Assembly (NCBI RefSeq): GCF_963921235.1
Contig: NC_086097.1
Location: forward strand, 238,950,001 to 239,014,000
Origin: Mobula hypostoma
Lineage: Eukaryota
Direction: 5' to 3'
DNA length: 64,000 nucleotides
Part shown: one piece after another, positions 24,624 to 38,350 of the stretch
Layout of the letters: each line of letters begins with the position of its first letter
How positions within the stretch are numbered: the stretch's first letter is position 1
The notes under the pieces: generated by a model
The model's database searches: none
Told to the model about the DNA's origin: nothing
What the model saw: the letters and a program-made list of their open reading frames with translations, nothing else
Made by a program: the position numbers and the translations under genes

Positions 24624-25185
24624 TGTAATGGGCTGGGTTGATCAAACCCAAACTATTTGAGGGTCCAGGAGATGTGGTAAAAGGCAGACTAAAACAACAA
24701 AGCAACTTAAGTCTAATTTATGACTATAAAGAGAAAGCACAAATAAAACATACTAAATACTATGTAGTAAGTCACAAAAATTTCCATGAAGGTTTCGGTG
24801 CTCACAATACTTAATCACTATTTGATTGTTGCTGTTGTCAGGAGAACTCCGAATCCCAACTCACTCATGAAACCACCCTGGGTTCCAGACATTGATCATG
24901 ATTTTCAGTCTAGCTGAGGTCCAAAGAACCCAGGAAAGTTACCCCAATAAATACAAGTTCCACAAGTGTAGCAAGACACACAGACACAAACTCTTTGATC
25001 TTTTGTTCTCATGCTATTAACTCAGCCTGCTTTCTATCATTCAGATAATGCATGTGCCCATTAACAATGTATTCAACATACACTTATAAATCAATTAGAC
25101 ACTTTAATGATCATTCCTTATCGATCAGTCCACCAACACTTTGGACATAATGTTCCTTTAGTTAAAAAAGAACATCAATATTACA
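24624..25185. mobile_element. Possible old solo LTR
   Basis: Bounded by TGTAAT and ATTACA; no matching TSD. Confidence 0.3.
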
Positions 25186-25284
25186 TCACACTATAAGAAC
25201 ATAAAATTTAGGAACAGAATAAGGTTGTTTAGCCCATTGAGTTTGCTCCACCATTTCAACATGGCTGATCCAGTTTTCCTCTTA

Positions 25285-25940
25285 GCCTCTGGCAATGATC
25301 TTCACATCATCAATGGGGACGGGAGAGGTTGCGGAGTATCGGAGGGTTGCAGATGTTGTTCCCTTATTCAAGAAAGGGAGTAGAGATAGCCCAGGAAATT
25401 ATAGACCAGTGAGTCTTACTTCAGTGGTTGGTAAGTTGATGGAGAAGATCCTGAGAGGCAGGATTTATGAACATTTGGAGAGGCATAATATGATTAGGAA
25501 TAGTCAGCATGGCTTTCTGAAAGGCAGGTCTTGCCTTACGAGCCTGATTGAATTTTTTGAGGATGTGACTAAACACATTAATGAAGGTAGAGCAGTAGAT
25601 ATAGTGTATATGGATTTCAGCAAGGCATTTGACAAGGTACCCCATGCAAAGCGTATTGAGAAAGTAAGGAGGCATGGGATCAAAGGGGACTTTGTTTTGT
25701 GGATGCAGCACTGGCTTGCCTACAGAAGGCAAAGAGTGGTTGTAGACGGGTCATACTGTATTCTGCATGGAGGTTGGTGACCAGTGATGCACCTTAGGGA
25801 TCTGTTCTGGGACCCCTTCTCTCTGTGATTTTTATAAATGACCTGGATGAGGAAGTGGAGGGATGGGTTAGTAAATTTTCTGATGACACAAAACTTGGGG
25901 GTATTGTGGATAATGTGAAGGGCTGTCAGAGGTTACATTG
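25285..25940 (+). mobile_element. CR1 RT fragment
   Basis: ORF 25295-25780 with NYRPVSLTS, SQHGF and YMDFSKAFDKV. Confidence 0.9.
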
Positions 25941-26893
25941 GTAAACACAAAATAATCTGCAGATGCTGTGATCAAAGCAACACTTTCAGTACGCTGGATG
26001 AACTCAGCATGACGGGCAGCATCAGTTAGAAATGATGAGTCGACGCTTCGGGCCGGAACCCTTCGTCAGGACTGAAGAATGAAAGATGGGGAAGGATTTG
26101 AAGAATGCTTGTAGCTTCAGTTGAAAGACCAGTAATTTGAAAGACAAAGGGGTCGGGGAGGGGAAGCATTGACGTCATAGCCCTGAAAACAATGGGTAGT
26201 AGAAGAAGGAGGCAGAATCATGAGGGAGCTGGGGGAGGGGTAGAGTGAAATAGGGATAGAGGAAGGGAGGGGGAGGGAATTACCGGAAGTTGGAGAATTC
26301 TATGTTCATACCAAGGGGCTGGAAACTACCTAGGCAGTATATGAGGTGTTGCTCCTCCAACCTGAGTTTAGCCTCATCATGGCAGTAGAGGAGGCCATGT
26401 ATGGACATATCTGAATGGGAATGGGAAGCAGAGTTGGAGTGGGTGGCTACCGGGAGACCCTGTCTGTTATGGCGGATGGAGTGGAGATGTTCAAGCAGTT
26501 CCCCAATCTGTGTCGGGTTTCACCGATGTAGAGGAGGCCGCACCGGGAGCACCGGATGCAACAGATGCCCCCAACAGACTCACAAGTGAAGTGTTGTCTC
26601 ACCTGGAAGGACTGTTTGGGGCCCTGAATGGTTGCAAGAGATGAGGTATAGGGACAGGTGTAGCACTTACGCTTACAGGGATAAGTGCCGGGTGGGAGAT
26701 AAGTGGGGATGGACGTGCGGATAAGGGAGTCGCGGAGGGACCAATCCGATCTTCGTCGAGCACCTCCACTCCGTCCGCCATAGCCACCCACTTCAACTCT
26801 GCTTCCCATTCCCATTCAAATATGTCCATACATGGCCTCCTCTACTACCATGATGAGGCTAAACTCAGGTTGGAGGAGCAACACCTCATATAC
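25941..26893 (-). mobile_element. Penelope-like element 3' end with inverted segment
   Basis: GIY-YIG nuclease remnant FTCESVGGICCIRCSRCGLLYIGET; hammerhead-bearing terminus; 26751-26893 is an inverted copy of part of the element. Confidence 0.85.
26038..26073 (-). ncRNA. Minimal hammerhead ribozyme with a core substitution
   Basis: Minus strand reads AGTC-CTGACGA-A-GGGT(TCCG)GCCC-GAAGC-GTC-GACT; GAAA is changed to GAAG. Confidence 0.6.
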
Positions 26894-29710
26894 TTTCTTT
26901 AGGATTGTTGGTTGGCTTACCTTTGTCTTCCATCTTTACCTTCTTGATGCCTTTTTTAATTGTCTTCTGTTGGTTTTTAAAAGCTTCCCAATCCTCTAAC
27001 TTCCCTCTAATATTTGCTCTCTTATATGCCCTTGTTTCGCCTTTCATGTTGGCTTTGACTTCTTTTGTTAGCCACGATTGTGGCACCTTGCTTTCAGAGT
27101 ACTTCTTCCTCTTTGTATATATCCTGTGCCTTCCGAATTGTTTCCAGAAATTCCAGCCTTTGCTGCTTTGCCGTCATCTCTGCCAGTATTCTTTTCTGAT
27201 CAAATCTGGCCAACTCCTCTCTCATGCCTTTGTAATTCCTTTTACTCCACTCTAATACTGATTCACCTAACTTCACCTTGTCCTTATCAAATTTCAGGGT
27301 GAATTCAATCATATCATGATTACTTACCGCAAAGTTCCCTTCTACCTTAAGGTCTCTAATTAATTCTGGTACATTGCACAACACCCAATCCAGAATAGTT
27401 GATCCCCTGGTGTGCTCTACCACCAGCTACTCTAAAAAGCCATCTTGTTGGCACTCCAGATTTTCCCAGTCTATCTGCCTACTGAAATCCCTTGAGACTA
27501 TTATAACATTGCCTTTTTGGCATGTATTTTCTAGCTCCTGTTGTAATTCATAGACCACAAACTTTCTGCAATTTGGGAGATTGTATGCAACTCCCATCAA
27601 GGTCTTTTTATCCTTACAGTTCCTTCGCTCTATCCACAATAGTTCAACAGCTTCTGACCATATGTCACCTCTTTCTAATGATTTGATTTCATTCTGTTGC
27701 CAACAGAGCAACGTTGCCCTATCTCCCTTCCTGTCTGTCCTTTCAATGTAATCTGTATCCCCAATATTAAGCTCCCAGCTATAATCTTCTTTCAGCCATG
27801 ATTCAGTGGTGCCAACAAAATCATATATGTCAATCTGTACTGTGCTACAAGTTCATTTACCTTTTTCTGTATACTGCACACATTCAAATGTAACACTTAC
27901 AGTTCTGTATTCACCCTTTTTGATTTTGTTTTCCTTTTACATTGCAACTCATCCTGGTTACTGCAATTTTGCCCTATCAACAGCCTCTCCTCACTACACG
28001 TTGCCTCTGTTTGTAAACCAACTACATCATCTTCAACACTATCACTCTGGTTCCCATCCATTAGTTCAAATCCTCCTGAGGCACTCTAGCCAAACTGCCC
28101 ACAAGGATATTGAACCCCATCTGGTCCAGATGTAACATACCCTTTTGTACAGGTCATACCTTCCCTGGAAGAGATCCCAATGATCCATAAATCTGAACCC
28201 CTGCCTCTTGCACCATTTCCTCAGCTACACACACACCTGCTAAAGCATCCTATTCTTACCCTCATTGGCATGTGGCACAGGCTGCAATCCAGAAAGTACT
28301 ATCCTGGAGTTTCTGTTTCTCAGCTTTCTACGAAGCTCCTTAAAATCTCTCATCAGGACCTCCTCACCTTGTCTACCTATGACATGGTGCCCATATGTAT
28401 CAGGACTTCAGGATGCTCACCCTTGACCTTGAGAATGCTACAAACCCAATCCGAGACATCCCTGATTCTGGCAGCAGAGAGGCAATAGACAATAGGCACA
28501 GGAGTAGGCCATTCGGCCCTTCGAGCCAGCACCACCATTCACTGTGATCATGGCTGATCATCCACAATCAGTATCCAGTTCCTGCCTTATCCCCATAACC
28601 TTTGATTCCGCTATCTTTAAGAGCTCTATCCATCTCTTTCTTGAAAGCATCCAGAGACTTGGCGTCCACAGCCTTCTGGGGCAGAGCATTCCATATATCC
28701 ACCACTCTCTGGGTGAAAAAGTTTTTCCTCAACTTCGTTCTAAATGGCCTACCCCTAATTCTTAAACTGTGGCCTCTGGTTCTGGACTCACCCATCAGTG
28801 GGAACATGCTTCCTGCCTCCAGCGTGTCCAGTCCCTTAATAATCTTATGTTTCAATAAGATCCCCTCTCAGTCTTCTAAATTCCAGAGTATACAAGCCCA
28901 GTCGCTCCAATCTTTCGACATATGGCAGTCCCGCCATCCCGGGAATTAACCTTGTGAACCTATGCTGCACTCCCTCAATAGCAAGAATGTCCTTCCTCAA
29001 ATTTGGAGACCAAAACTGCATACAGTACTCCAGGTGTGGTCTCACCAGGGCCCTGTACAGCTGCAGAAGGACCTCTTTGCTCTTATACTCAATTCCCCTT
29101 GTTATGAAGGCCAGCATGTCATTAGCTTTCTTCACTGCCTGCTGTACTTGCATGCTTGCTTTCAGTGACTGACGTACAAGAGCACCTAGATCTCATTGTG
29201 CTTCCCCTTTTCCTAACTTGACTCCATTTAGATAATAATCTGCCTTCCTGTTCTTACCACCAAACTGGATAACCTCATATTTATCTACATTAAACTGCAT
29301 CTGCCATGCACCTGCTCACCCGCGCGTCTCAATCGTGCCCACAGAAACTTACCTGCGTTCCTCTAACTATGGAATCCCCTGTCAACACTGCTGTCCTCTT
29401 CACCTTCCTGCTCTTCTGAGCCCCATCACCAGAGCTGGTGCCAGAGACATCACTGGGGCTCCCCTGGTAGGTCATCCCCCTCAACACTATCTAATGTTGT
29501 ATACTTATTATCGAGGGGAATGGACACAGGTGTACTCTGCACTGGCAGTGCGTTTCCCCTCCTTCTCCTGACAGTCACCTGGTTACCTGTCTCCTACAAT
29601 GAAGGTCATCGAGCTGCAGCTCCATTTCCTTAATACAGGAGTGCAGGAGTGCGGATGCGTTTATCTGGGAGCCTCGAGGACTCTCAGACTTCCCACATCC
29701 CACACACATT
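26894..29710 (-). mobile_element. Old CR1 5' half (ORF1 and endonuclease), split by a younger CR1
   Basis: TRGSTILDWVLCN and SNHDMIEF endonuclease remnants; ORF1 zinc-finger/esterase remnants at 28050-28485 and 29317-29710. Confidence 0.8.
28485..29317 (-). mobile_element. Younger CR1 3' fragment
   Basis: ORFs 28845-29153 and 28568-28855; close relative of 61305-62123. Confidence 0.9.
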
Positions 29711-30618
29711 ACAAATTAACAATTCTACCTTGTACAGGCACACTAGATGTCGCAAGCTCACAAAGACTTCAATGCTGGAGTTATTGCACGTCAAATACAT
29801 ACTGAACATCGGAGGCCCAAAAGCAACCTGTCCCGAGGTTGGAGAACTGTTCGTGAGCTGAAAGGTGTGGGTGAGTGAGTGAGAGGGTGGAAAAGGGGTT
29901 TGGGTCACTGTTTTTGTCTTGTTTAGTTCCGTTGTTGCTGTGTTGAATATTATGGATATGCCATGCTGGGGCCAGAATAAGCGGTGACATTTTTGGTCTG
30001 TCCCCAGCACATCTTTGGGTGATCTGATGTACATGTGATAAATAAATCTAAATCTGAATGCAGGTAAACAGGAAGGCAAACAGAAGGGTGGAATAGAAAA
30101 GTCAAGTGGTTCTGTTACAACCATAAAGAGCCTTGGCCAAAAGCAGTTGAAATGCCATGAAATATATGTGGTCTCCATATTTTCGGAAGGATTTATTTGC
30201 TTTGAGAGCACTTCAGAGAAGGTTCATTAGGTTGATTCTTCAGATATAAAGGTTGTCAATGAGGAAACATTGAGCGGATTGAGCCAAAACACATCGGTGT
30301 TTGGAAAAAATAGAAACAATGTGTTCTGAAGGGCTTTGAAGAGGTGGAAGCTGAGAGAACGATTTTCCTCGTGAGGAAATCTGGAACTAGTTTTAGTTAG
30401 TGATGAGAAAGAAGTTCTTCTCTGAAAGATTAACAAAGCTTTGGAATTCTCCATACCTGAGACCTGTGAAATCAGAGGCACTTGAATATATTCAAGGGAT
30501 GGAAGATTTTTGGACAATAATAATACAATAAGCTCAGGCATGGTGTAGAAGAGGCAGCAAAGTACAGTTAAAAGCAAGATCATAACAGACATAATGCGAT
30601 TAATTGTAAAGTTGATTT

Positions 30619-31585
30619 AGACCATAAGACCATAAGACAAAGGAGCAGAAGTCAGCCATTTGGTCCATCGAGTCTGCTCCACCATTTTATCATGAGCTGA
30701 TCCATTCTCCCATTTAGTTCCACTCCCCCGCCTTCTCACCATAACCTTTGATGCCCCGGCTACTCAGATACCTATCAATCTCTGCCTTAAATACACCCAA
30801 TGACTTGGCCTCCACTGCCGCCCATGGCAATAAATTCCATAGATTCATCACCCTCTGACTAAAAAAATTTCTTCGCATCTCTGTTCTGAATGGGTGCCCT
30901 TCAATCCTAAAGTCATGCTCTCTCGTACTAGACTCCCCCATCATGGGAAACAACTTTGCCACATCCACTCTGTCCATGCCTTTCAACATTCGAAATGTTT
31001 CTATGAGGTCTCCCCTCATTCTTCTAAACTCCAAGGAATACACTCCAAGAGCGGACAAACATTCCTCATATGTTAACCCTCTCATTCCCGGAATCATTCT
31101 AGTGAATCTTCTCTGAACCCTCTCCAACGTCAGCAAATCCTTTCTTAAATAAGGAGACCAAAACTGCCCACAGTACTCCAAGTGAGGTCTCACCAGCACC
31201 TTATAGAGCCTCAACATCACATCCCTGCTCCTATACTCTAGTCCTCTAGAAATGAATGCCAACATTGCATTTGCCTTCTTCACTACTGACTCAACCTGGA
31301 GGTTAACTTTAAGGGTATCCTGTACGAGGACTCCCAAGTCCCGTTGCATCTCAGAACTTTGAATTCTTTCCCCATTTAAATAATAGTCTGTCCATTTATT
31401 TTTTCTGCCAAAGTGCATAATCATACACTTTCCAACGTTGTACTTCATTTGCCACTTCTCTGCCCATTCTTCCAATCTATCCAAGGCTCTCCGCAGACTC
31501 TCCGTTTCCTCAGCACTACCGGCCCCTCCACCTATCTTCGTATTGTCAGCAAACTTAGCCACAAAGCCATCTATTCCATAATCCA
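30619..31585 (-). mobile_element. CR1 3' fragment with uninterrupted 290-codon RT C-terminus
   Basis: ORF 30714-31586 (AKFADNTKIGG...LYKVLVRPHLEYC); ACCATAAG-repeat tail on the + strand. Confidence 0.95.
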
Positions 31586-31669
31586 TGATTTAAGAGTGTA
31601 AATTGGTCTTTCCTTGCTCCTTTTGCTGATATGCCTTTAACAAGATTTAAACAAATGCTTTTTGTACTG

Positions 31670-32116
31670 CACAGGATCGAAGTAAGCTGCAGAGAATTGT
31701 AAACGTAGTCAGCTCTATCATGAGCACTAGCCTCGGTAGTATCCAGAATATCTTCAAGGAGTGATGCCCCAAAAAGATGGCCTCCATCATTAAGGAATCT
31801 CATCACCCAGGCCATCCCTTATTCTCATGGCTACGATCAGGAAGGAGGTACAGAAGTCTGAAGGCACACACTCAGTAACAGCTTCTTCCCCCCCCCATTT
31901 AATTTCTGAATGGACATTGAACCCAAGAACACTTCCTCACTACTTTTGAAATTTCTACTATAGCACTACTTCTTCAATTTAACTATTTAATATAAACATA
32001 CTTATTGTAATTCACGTTTTTTTCTCTATTATGCATTGTATTGCACTGCTGCCGTAAAGACAACAAATACCATGACATACGATGATGATATTAAACCTGA
32101 TTCTGATTCTGATTCT
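31670..32116 (+). mobile_element. Rex1/Babar-type 3' fragment
   Basis: Homologous to 470-920; (GATTCT)3 tail. Confidence 0.7.
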
Positions 32117-32259
32117 AAAGATATCTGGACTGAGTGCCAGAAAGGATGTGACTGTAATAGTGTGTCTGCCCGTGATACTTCACTGATTTTCTTGAAAGCC
32201 ATGTTGGATAAGAGTAGACCATTCAGGCTCTGAAATTAGCTCCCTCCCAGTTCTTAAGA

Positions 32260-32895
32260 GCATGAGAAGATGAGAAACAGGAGCAGCAGTAGGCCATCAG
32301 AACTGTCAAGGCTGCTCTGCCATTCAAAAGGATAATAGCAGATCTGGCTGTGAACTCAGCTCCACCTACCTATCTTTCTCCCCGCTTTGCAAACATCTAT
32401 CTAACTGAGTATTAAGTATTTTACTAAGGTTGCCTCTACTGCTTCCTTGGGCAGAGAATTCCACAGATTCACTACTCTCTGGGTAAAGCAGATTCTTCTC
32501 ATCTCCACCCTAAATATATTTGCACAAATCCCCTAGTTCTACACTTGCCTACCAGAAGAAACAATTTTCCTATATCTATCTTATCCATACATTTCATAGC
32601 TTTATATGTTTCTATAAGATAACCTTTCATTCTTCTGAATTCCTGCATGTACAGTCTCGGGTGAATCAATCTCTCCTCACGGGTTACCCCTCTCATCCCA
32701 AAGCCAGTTTTGCTTTCCTCAAACAAGGAGACTAGAACTACATGCAGTACTCCAGGTACAGCCTCACTAGTACCCTGTACAGTTGCAGCATAAACTCCCT
32801 GCTGTTAAATTCAATCCTTCCAGCACTGAAAAACAACATTCCACTTGCCTTCTTGATAACCTGGCTTACCTGAAAACCAACCCTTTATGATTCAA
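32260..32895 (-). mobile_element. CR1 3' fragment, decayed
   Basis: ORF 32499-32726 (EFRRMKGYLIETYK). Confidence 0.8.
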
Positions 32896-32896
32896 A

Positions 32897-33254
32897 CTAT
32901 ACTGTGCAATAGTCTAAGGCACATAAGTATAGCTAGGGTGCCCAAGGTTTTTGCATAGTACTGTATTTATCAATGTGGAGCAGAGTGCTAGTGCGTAAAT
33001 CTAAAAATGTCTCTCTGATGCTTCCCACTCCCTCTTTTCTCTCTCCCCCTTTTCCCAACCATGATTCCTCTCTCACTGCCCCTTTCTCACTCTCCAGTCC
33101 ACAATAGAGACCCATATCAGAATCAGGTTTATCATATTTACACATGTCATGAAATTTGTACGGTGTAATACATAAAATTACTACAGTAATGTGCAAATGT
33201 CTTAGACATCCTAGCTATACATATATGTGCCTAAGACTTCAATACAGTACTGTA
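32897..33254. mobile_element. Pair of ~70-bp palindromic Tc1/mariner-type MITE units
   Basis: Units at 32897-32965 and 33182-33254 with inferred TIR consensus CAGTACTGTGCAAAAGTCTTAGGCAC; three of the four ends show TA flanks. Confidence 0.65.
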
Positions 33255-34064
33255 TGTATGAATTATTTCATTTTGACCAACCCATATCTCTAACTTTGAT
33301 CAGCTGCCTTGGATCTGAGAACAATCTATCGTCATTTTGGGTTTATGCTTCATTAACATCTAACATGAACATCAAATTGACTCTGAACTGCAGCTTGCCA
33401 GTTTCTCCACCATCAAAAACAGTTGAACACAGCGCACAATTGGCTAACAGGTTAAACCTGCTGGAAGCAGGATCAAAAATTGGATAAACAATGGGAGGGA
33501 GTAATTGCAGCAGGTGTTGTATCGGCATGGGAAGGCGAATTGAACGAAGTGCCACAGAGACCCCTTTGTTCATCAGCGTATGATGACGACTGCAGAATGC
33601 GTGATTTGGCAAACTCACAATTGCTGTGAGATAACTGATCATCCTATCAACAAGAGGTGGATTATCCATGCTGCTCTTCAGATCCAGGAGCCAAAACTGC
33701 ATTTTCAAGATTACACCCTGAAGTACTCTAGATTTTTAGAAGAGCATATGAGCCATTTAATTCATCTTGTTTTTGGATTCTCCGTCTTAGTCTTGTGCTG
33801 TCAGCTGAAGTACTGAAGTGTCATGGGTTAATAGTGCAGAACAGTTAATCTTATAGGTATTCATTGATGAAACCTCTCCTTGGCTCTGATAGATCAATAG
33901 GTAATGGCAGAGAAGAAACACTGCCATCCTATTATGCCATTGTCATTGAATCGACAGCACAGAAACAAACCATCCTGCCCAGCTATTAAGCTGCTGCATT
34001 TAAATTGTGTAAAACTGCTTTTAATCTGTAAATATTTAATTTCTGATTAATTATTATTTAATTA

Positions 34065-34506
34065 TTGAGAAACTGAGTTACAGAGAAAGGTTGAATAGGT
34101 TAGGACTTTATTCCCTGGAGCATAGAAGAATGAGGGGAGATTTGATAGAGGTATATAAAATTATGATGGGTATAGATAGAGTGAACACAAGCAGGCTTTT
34201 TCCACTGAGGCAAGGGGAGAAAAAAAGCAGAGGACATGGGTTAAGGGTGAAGGGGGAAAAGTTTAAAGGGAACATTGGGGGGGGGCTTCTTCGCACAGAG
34301 AGTGGTGGGAGTGTGAAATGAGCTGCCAGATGAAGTGGTAAATGCGGGTTCTTTTTTAACATTTAAGAATAAATTGGACAGATACATGGATGGGAGGTGT
34401 ATGGTCTGTGTGCAGGTCAGTGGGACTAGGCAGAAAATGGTTCGGCACAGCCAAGAAGGGCCAAAGGGCCTGTTTCTGTGCTGTAGTTTTTCTATGGTTT
34501 CTATGG
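34065..34506 (+). mobile_element. CR1 3' fragment
   Basis: Near-identical to 45955-46406; TTTCTATGG tail. Confidence 0.9.
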
Positions 34507-34604
34507 GTAATAATAAGTATTTAATATTCTCTTGAAGTATTCAATTTAGGTTTCTGAACAAACAATGAACCCATGTAAACTACCTCACTATTTTTGCTCT
34601 TTAT

Positions 34605-35270
34605 TTGTTCAAAGTTCAAAGAACATTTAAAATCAAAGTACATACACAGTATGTCACTGGTCTCAACCCTGAGGTTCTGGCAGCCATACTTAATAAATCC
34701 AAAACAGAATAATAACCAAAAAGAATCAATGAAAGACCGTGCTAAGTGTTCAACTAGTGTGCAAAAGACAACAAACTGTGCAAATACAAAAAAAAGAAAT
34801 AGTAATAATAATAATAATTTAAAAAATGAATAAGCAATAAATATCGAGAACATAAGACGAAGAATCCTTGAAAGTGAGTCCATTTGTTGTGGGAACATTT
34901 CAATGACGGGTCAAATGAAGTTGAGTGAAATTATTCCCTTCTGATGGTTGAGGGGTATTAACTATTCCTGAACCTGGTGCTGTGGGACCTGGGGATCCCG
35001 TATCCTCTTCCTGATTCCAGCAGTGAGAAGAGAGCATGAGCTGGGTGCTGGGAGTCCCTGAAGATGGATGCTGCTTTCCTGTGACAGCGCTCCATGTAGT
35101 TGAGCACAATGGTGGAAAGGACTTTATCTGTGATGGATTGGACTGTATCCATTACTCTTTGTAAGATTTGCGCTACTTATTTAATGTAATTTTATATCTC
35201 TTATTGAAATTTTGGTGTGCTTTATGTATTACATTGTACTGCTACCACAAAAATACATCAGTGATATGAC
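34605..35270 (-). mobile_element. Rex1/Babar-type 3' fragment
   Basis: ORF 34958-35152 (RKAASIFRDSQHPAHALFSLL.SGR); TTTGAAC tail on the minus strand. Confidence 0.7.
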
Positions 35271-38200
35271 AATAAGACATAGGAGCAGAATTAGGCGATT
35301 TGGACCATTGAGTCTGCTCTGCCATTCCATTATGGCCAATTTATTATCCCTTTCAACCCCACTCTACTGACTTTCCCCCCCATCATTTTTGATGCCCTAT
35401 CAAAAACCTATCAAACTCTTCTTTAAAGGTACTCAATGATGGGTCCCACTGCTAACTGTGGTGGAGTGGAACAAACCCTTCTATTCCCAAAATCATTCTC
35501 ATGAACCTCCCCTGAACCCTTTCCAATACTGGCACATCTTTTTTTTAGATTAGGAGCACACAATACTCGAAGTGCAGTCTGAACAATGCCTTAAAGCATC
35601 ATTATTACATTACTCTTATATTCTCGACCTCTTGAAATTAACATTGACGTTGTATTTGCCTGGCTGACTTAACCTGCATGTTACTCTTTAGGGAATCCGG
35701 CTCAAGGATTCCCAAGTCCCTTTGCACCTCTGATTTTTTAATTTTCTCCCCTTTCAGAAAAGTGTCTACACCTTTATTCCTTCTACCAAAGTGCGTGCCC
35801 AAACGCTTCTCTACATTCTGTTCCATCTGCCACTTTATTGCCCATTCTCCCAATCTGTCCAAGTCCTTCTGTAAACACTTTGCTTCTGAACACTACCTGC
35901 CCCTCCATCTGTCACCAAATCATCCATAAACTTAGCCACAAAATTATCTATTCCATCATCCAGATCATTGCAAATAATTTGAAAAGAAGCAGTCCCTATA
36001 TTTACCCCTGAAGAACATCACTAGTCTCCAGCAGCCAACCAAAATAGGCCCCTTTTATTCCCAATCTTTGCCTCCAGTAAACCTTCTATCCATGCTATTA
36101 TATACAGTATCTTGTAATACCATGGGCTCTCTTCTTGCTAAGTAGTCTCACGTACAGCACCTTGTCAAAGGCCTTCTTAAAGTTCAAGTAAACAACATCC
36201 ACTGACTCTCCTTTGTCTATCCTGCCAATTATTTCCTCAAGAAATTTCAACAGGTTTGTCAGGCAAGATTTTTAAGGAAACCATGCTGTCTTTGGCCTAC
36301 TTCATCATGTGCTTCCATGTACCCTGGAACTCATGCTTAAGAATCAATATCAACATCTTCCCACTACTAAAGTCAGGCTAAATTGCCTATAATTTCCTTT
36401 TTTCTACCTCTCTCCATTCTTTAAGAGTTGAATGCAATTTTCCAGTCCTTTGGAACAATTCCAGAACTTAGTGATTCCTGAAAGTTCATTATTAATGCCT
36501 CCACAATCTCTTTAGTTATGTCTTTCAGTACACTGGGGTGCAGTCCATCTGGTCCAGTTGACTTATCTACATTCAGAACATTAAGTTTCCCAAGCACCTT
36601 CTCCTTAAGTACAGTAATAGCAAATACACTCACTTCTGCCTTTTGACACTCTCAAACTTCTGGCATACTGCTAGTGTCTCCCGCAGTGAAGACTGATGCA
36701 AAATACTTATTTAGTTTGTCCGCTATTTCCTTGTTCTTGTCAGACTTGGTTGCCTCCTGCTGCCTTTAGACTACACCTTCATCTTTAAGATGTACCTTTC
36801 TTGTGCCTTCTGAATTTCCCCCATAAACACCAGGCATTGCTGTTCTGTTGTCATCCCTGCTAGTGTCTCCTTCCAATTAACTTTGGCAAGCTTTTCCTCA
36901 TGCCTCAGTAATTTCCTTTACTGCAATACTGATACATCTGAATTCATCTTCTCCTTCTCAAATTGCAGGAAGATTACTGTCTCCTAAGGGTTCCTTTACT
37001 TTAAGCTCCTTCATCACGTCTGGTTCTTTACAAAACATCCAGTCCAGAATTGCCTTTCTCCTAGTTGGCTCAACCATAAGCAGCACTAAAAAAAAACATC
37101 TCATAGGCATTCTGCAAATTCCTTCTTATCCAATCCGGCACCAATATGATTTTCCCAATCTACCTACATATTGATAACCCCCATGATTATCGTAACATTG
37201 CCCTTTTCACATGCTTTCTCTATCTCCCATTGAAATTTATAACCCACATCCTGACTACTGTTTGAAGGCCTACATCAATGTCTTTATACTGTTGCATTTG
37301 CTTGACTCAACCCACAATGATTAAAACACAGAAACATAGAAAATAGGTGCAGGAGTAGGCCATTCGGCCCTTCGAGCCTGCACCGCCATTCAGTATGATC
37401 ATGGCTGATCATCCAACTCAGAACCCTGTACCAGCCTTTTCTCCATACCCCCGATCTCTTTAGCATCAAGGGCCATATCTAACTCCCTCTTAAATATAGC
37501 CAATGAACTGGCCTCAACTGTTTCCTGTGGCAGAGGATTCCACAGATTCACCACCCTCTGTGTGAAGAAGTTTTTCCTAATCTCGGTCCTAAAAGGCTTC
37601 CCCTTCATCCTCAAACTGTGACCCCTCGTTCTGGACTTCCCCAACATCGAGAACAATCTTCCTGTATCCAGCCTGTCCAATCCCTTTAGGATTTTATATG
37701 TTTCAATAAGATCCCCCCTCAATCTTCTAAATTCCAACGAGTATAAGCTTAGTCGATCCAGCCTTTCATCATATGAAAGTCCTGCCATCCCAGGAATCAA
37801 TCTGGTGAACCTTCTTTGTACTTCCTGTATGGCAAGAATGTCTTTCCTCAGGTTAGGGAATCAAAACTGCACACAATACTCTGCATCTTCTAATCCTATG
37901 CCACCTTTTTCTAAGCATTAGGTTTCATTCTTTGCCAACAGAGCCACCCCATGCCCTCTCTCTACTTGCCTGTGCTTTCGATGCAAAGTGTATCCTTGCA
38001 TGTTAAGCTCCCAAATATGATTTCCTTTCAGCCATGACCCAGTGATGCCCAGAATATCATATCCTGCCAATATCTAGCTGCTCTACATGTCATCTACCTT
38101 ATTCAATATATTCTGTGCATTCCATCCTGTATACATCACCCTTTCTGATTTTGCCCCCATGTTACATTTCAACTCATCCCATTGACTGAAATTTTGTTCA

Positions 38201-38350
38201 TCATCTGCCTGTTTTTCTTCACAATCTCACTACACTGCATCTACTTTGTACCAACTGCCCCATCCTCAACCCTATCACCCCTGTTCCCATCCCCTTGCCA
38301 AATTAGTTTAAACCATCCCCAACAACTCCAACAAACTTAACCACAATGAT
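35270..38350 (-). mobile_element. Old deleted CR1 ORF2 with nested young CR1 (37322-37882)
   Basis: KSTGPDGLHP and DRLGEWAIKWQM remnants; nested ORF 37399-37800 has its own tail. Confidence 0.8.

Noticed and set aside
30714..31586. Intact 290-aa ORF as a domesticated gene
   Set aside because: It is a 5'-truncated CR1 with FADN in place of FADD; young age explains the open frame.
33343..33708. 121-aa minus-strand ORF
   Set aside because: No recognisable domain or splice support; consistent with chance.
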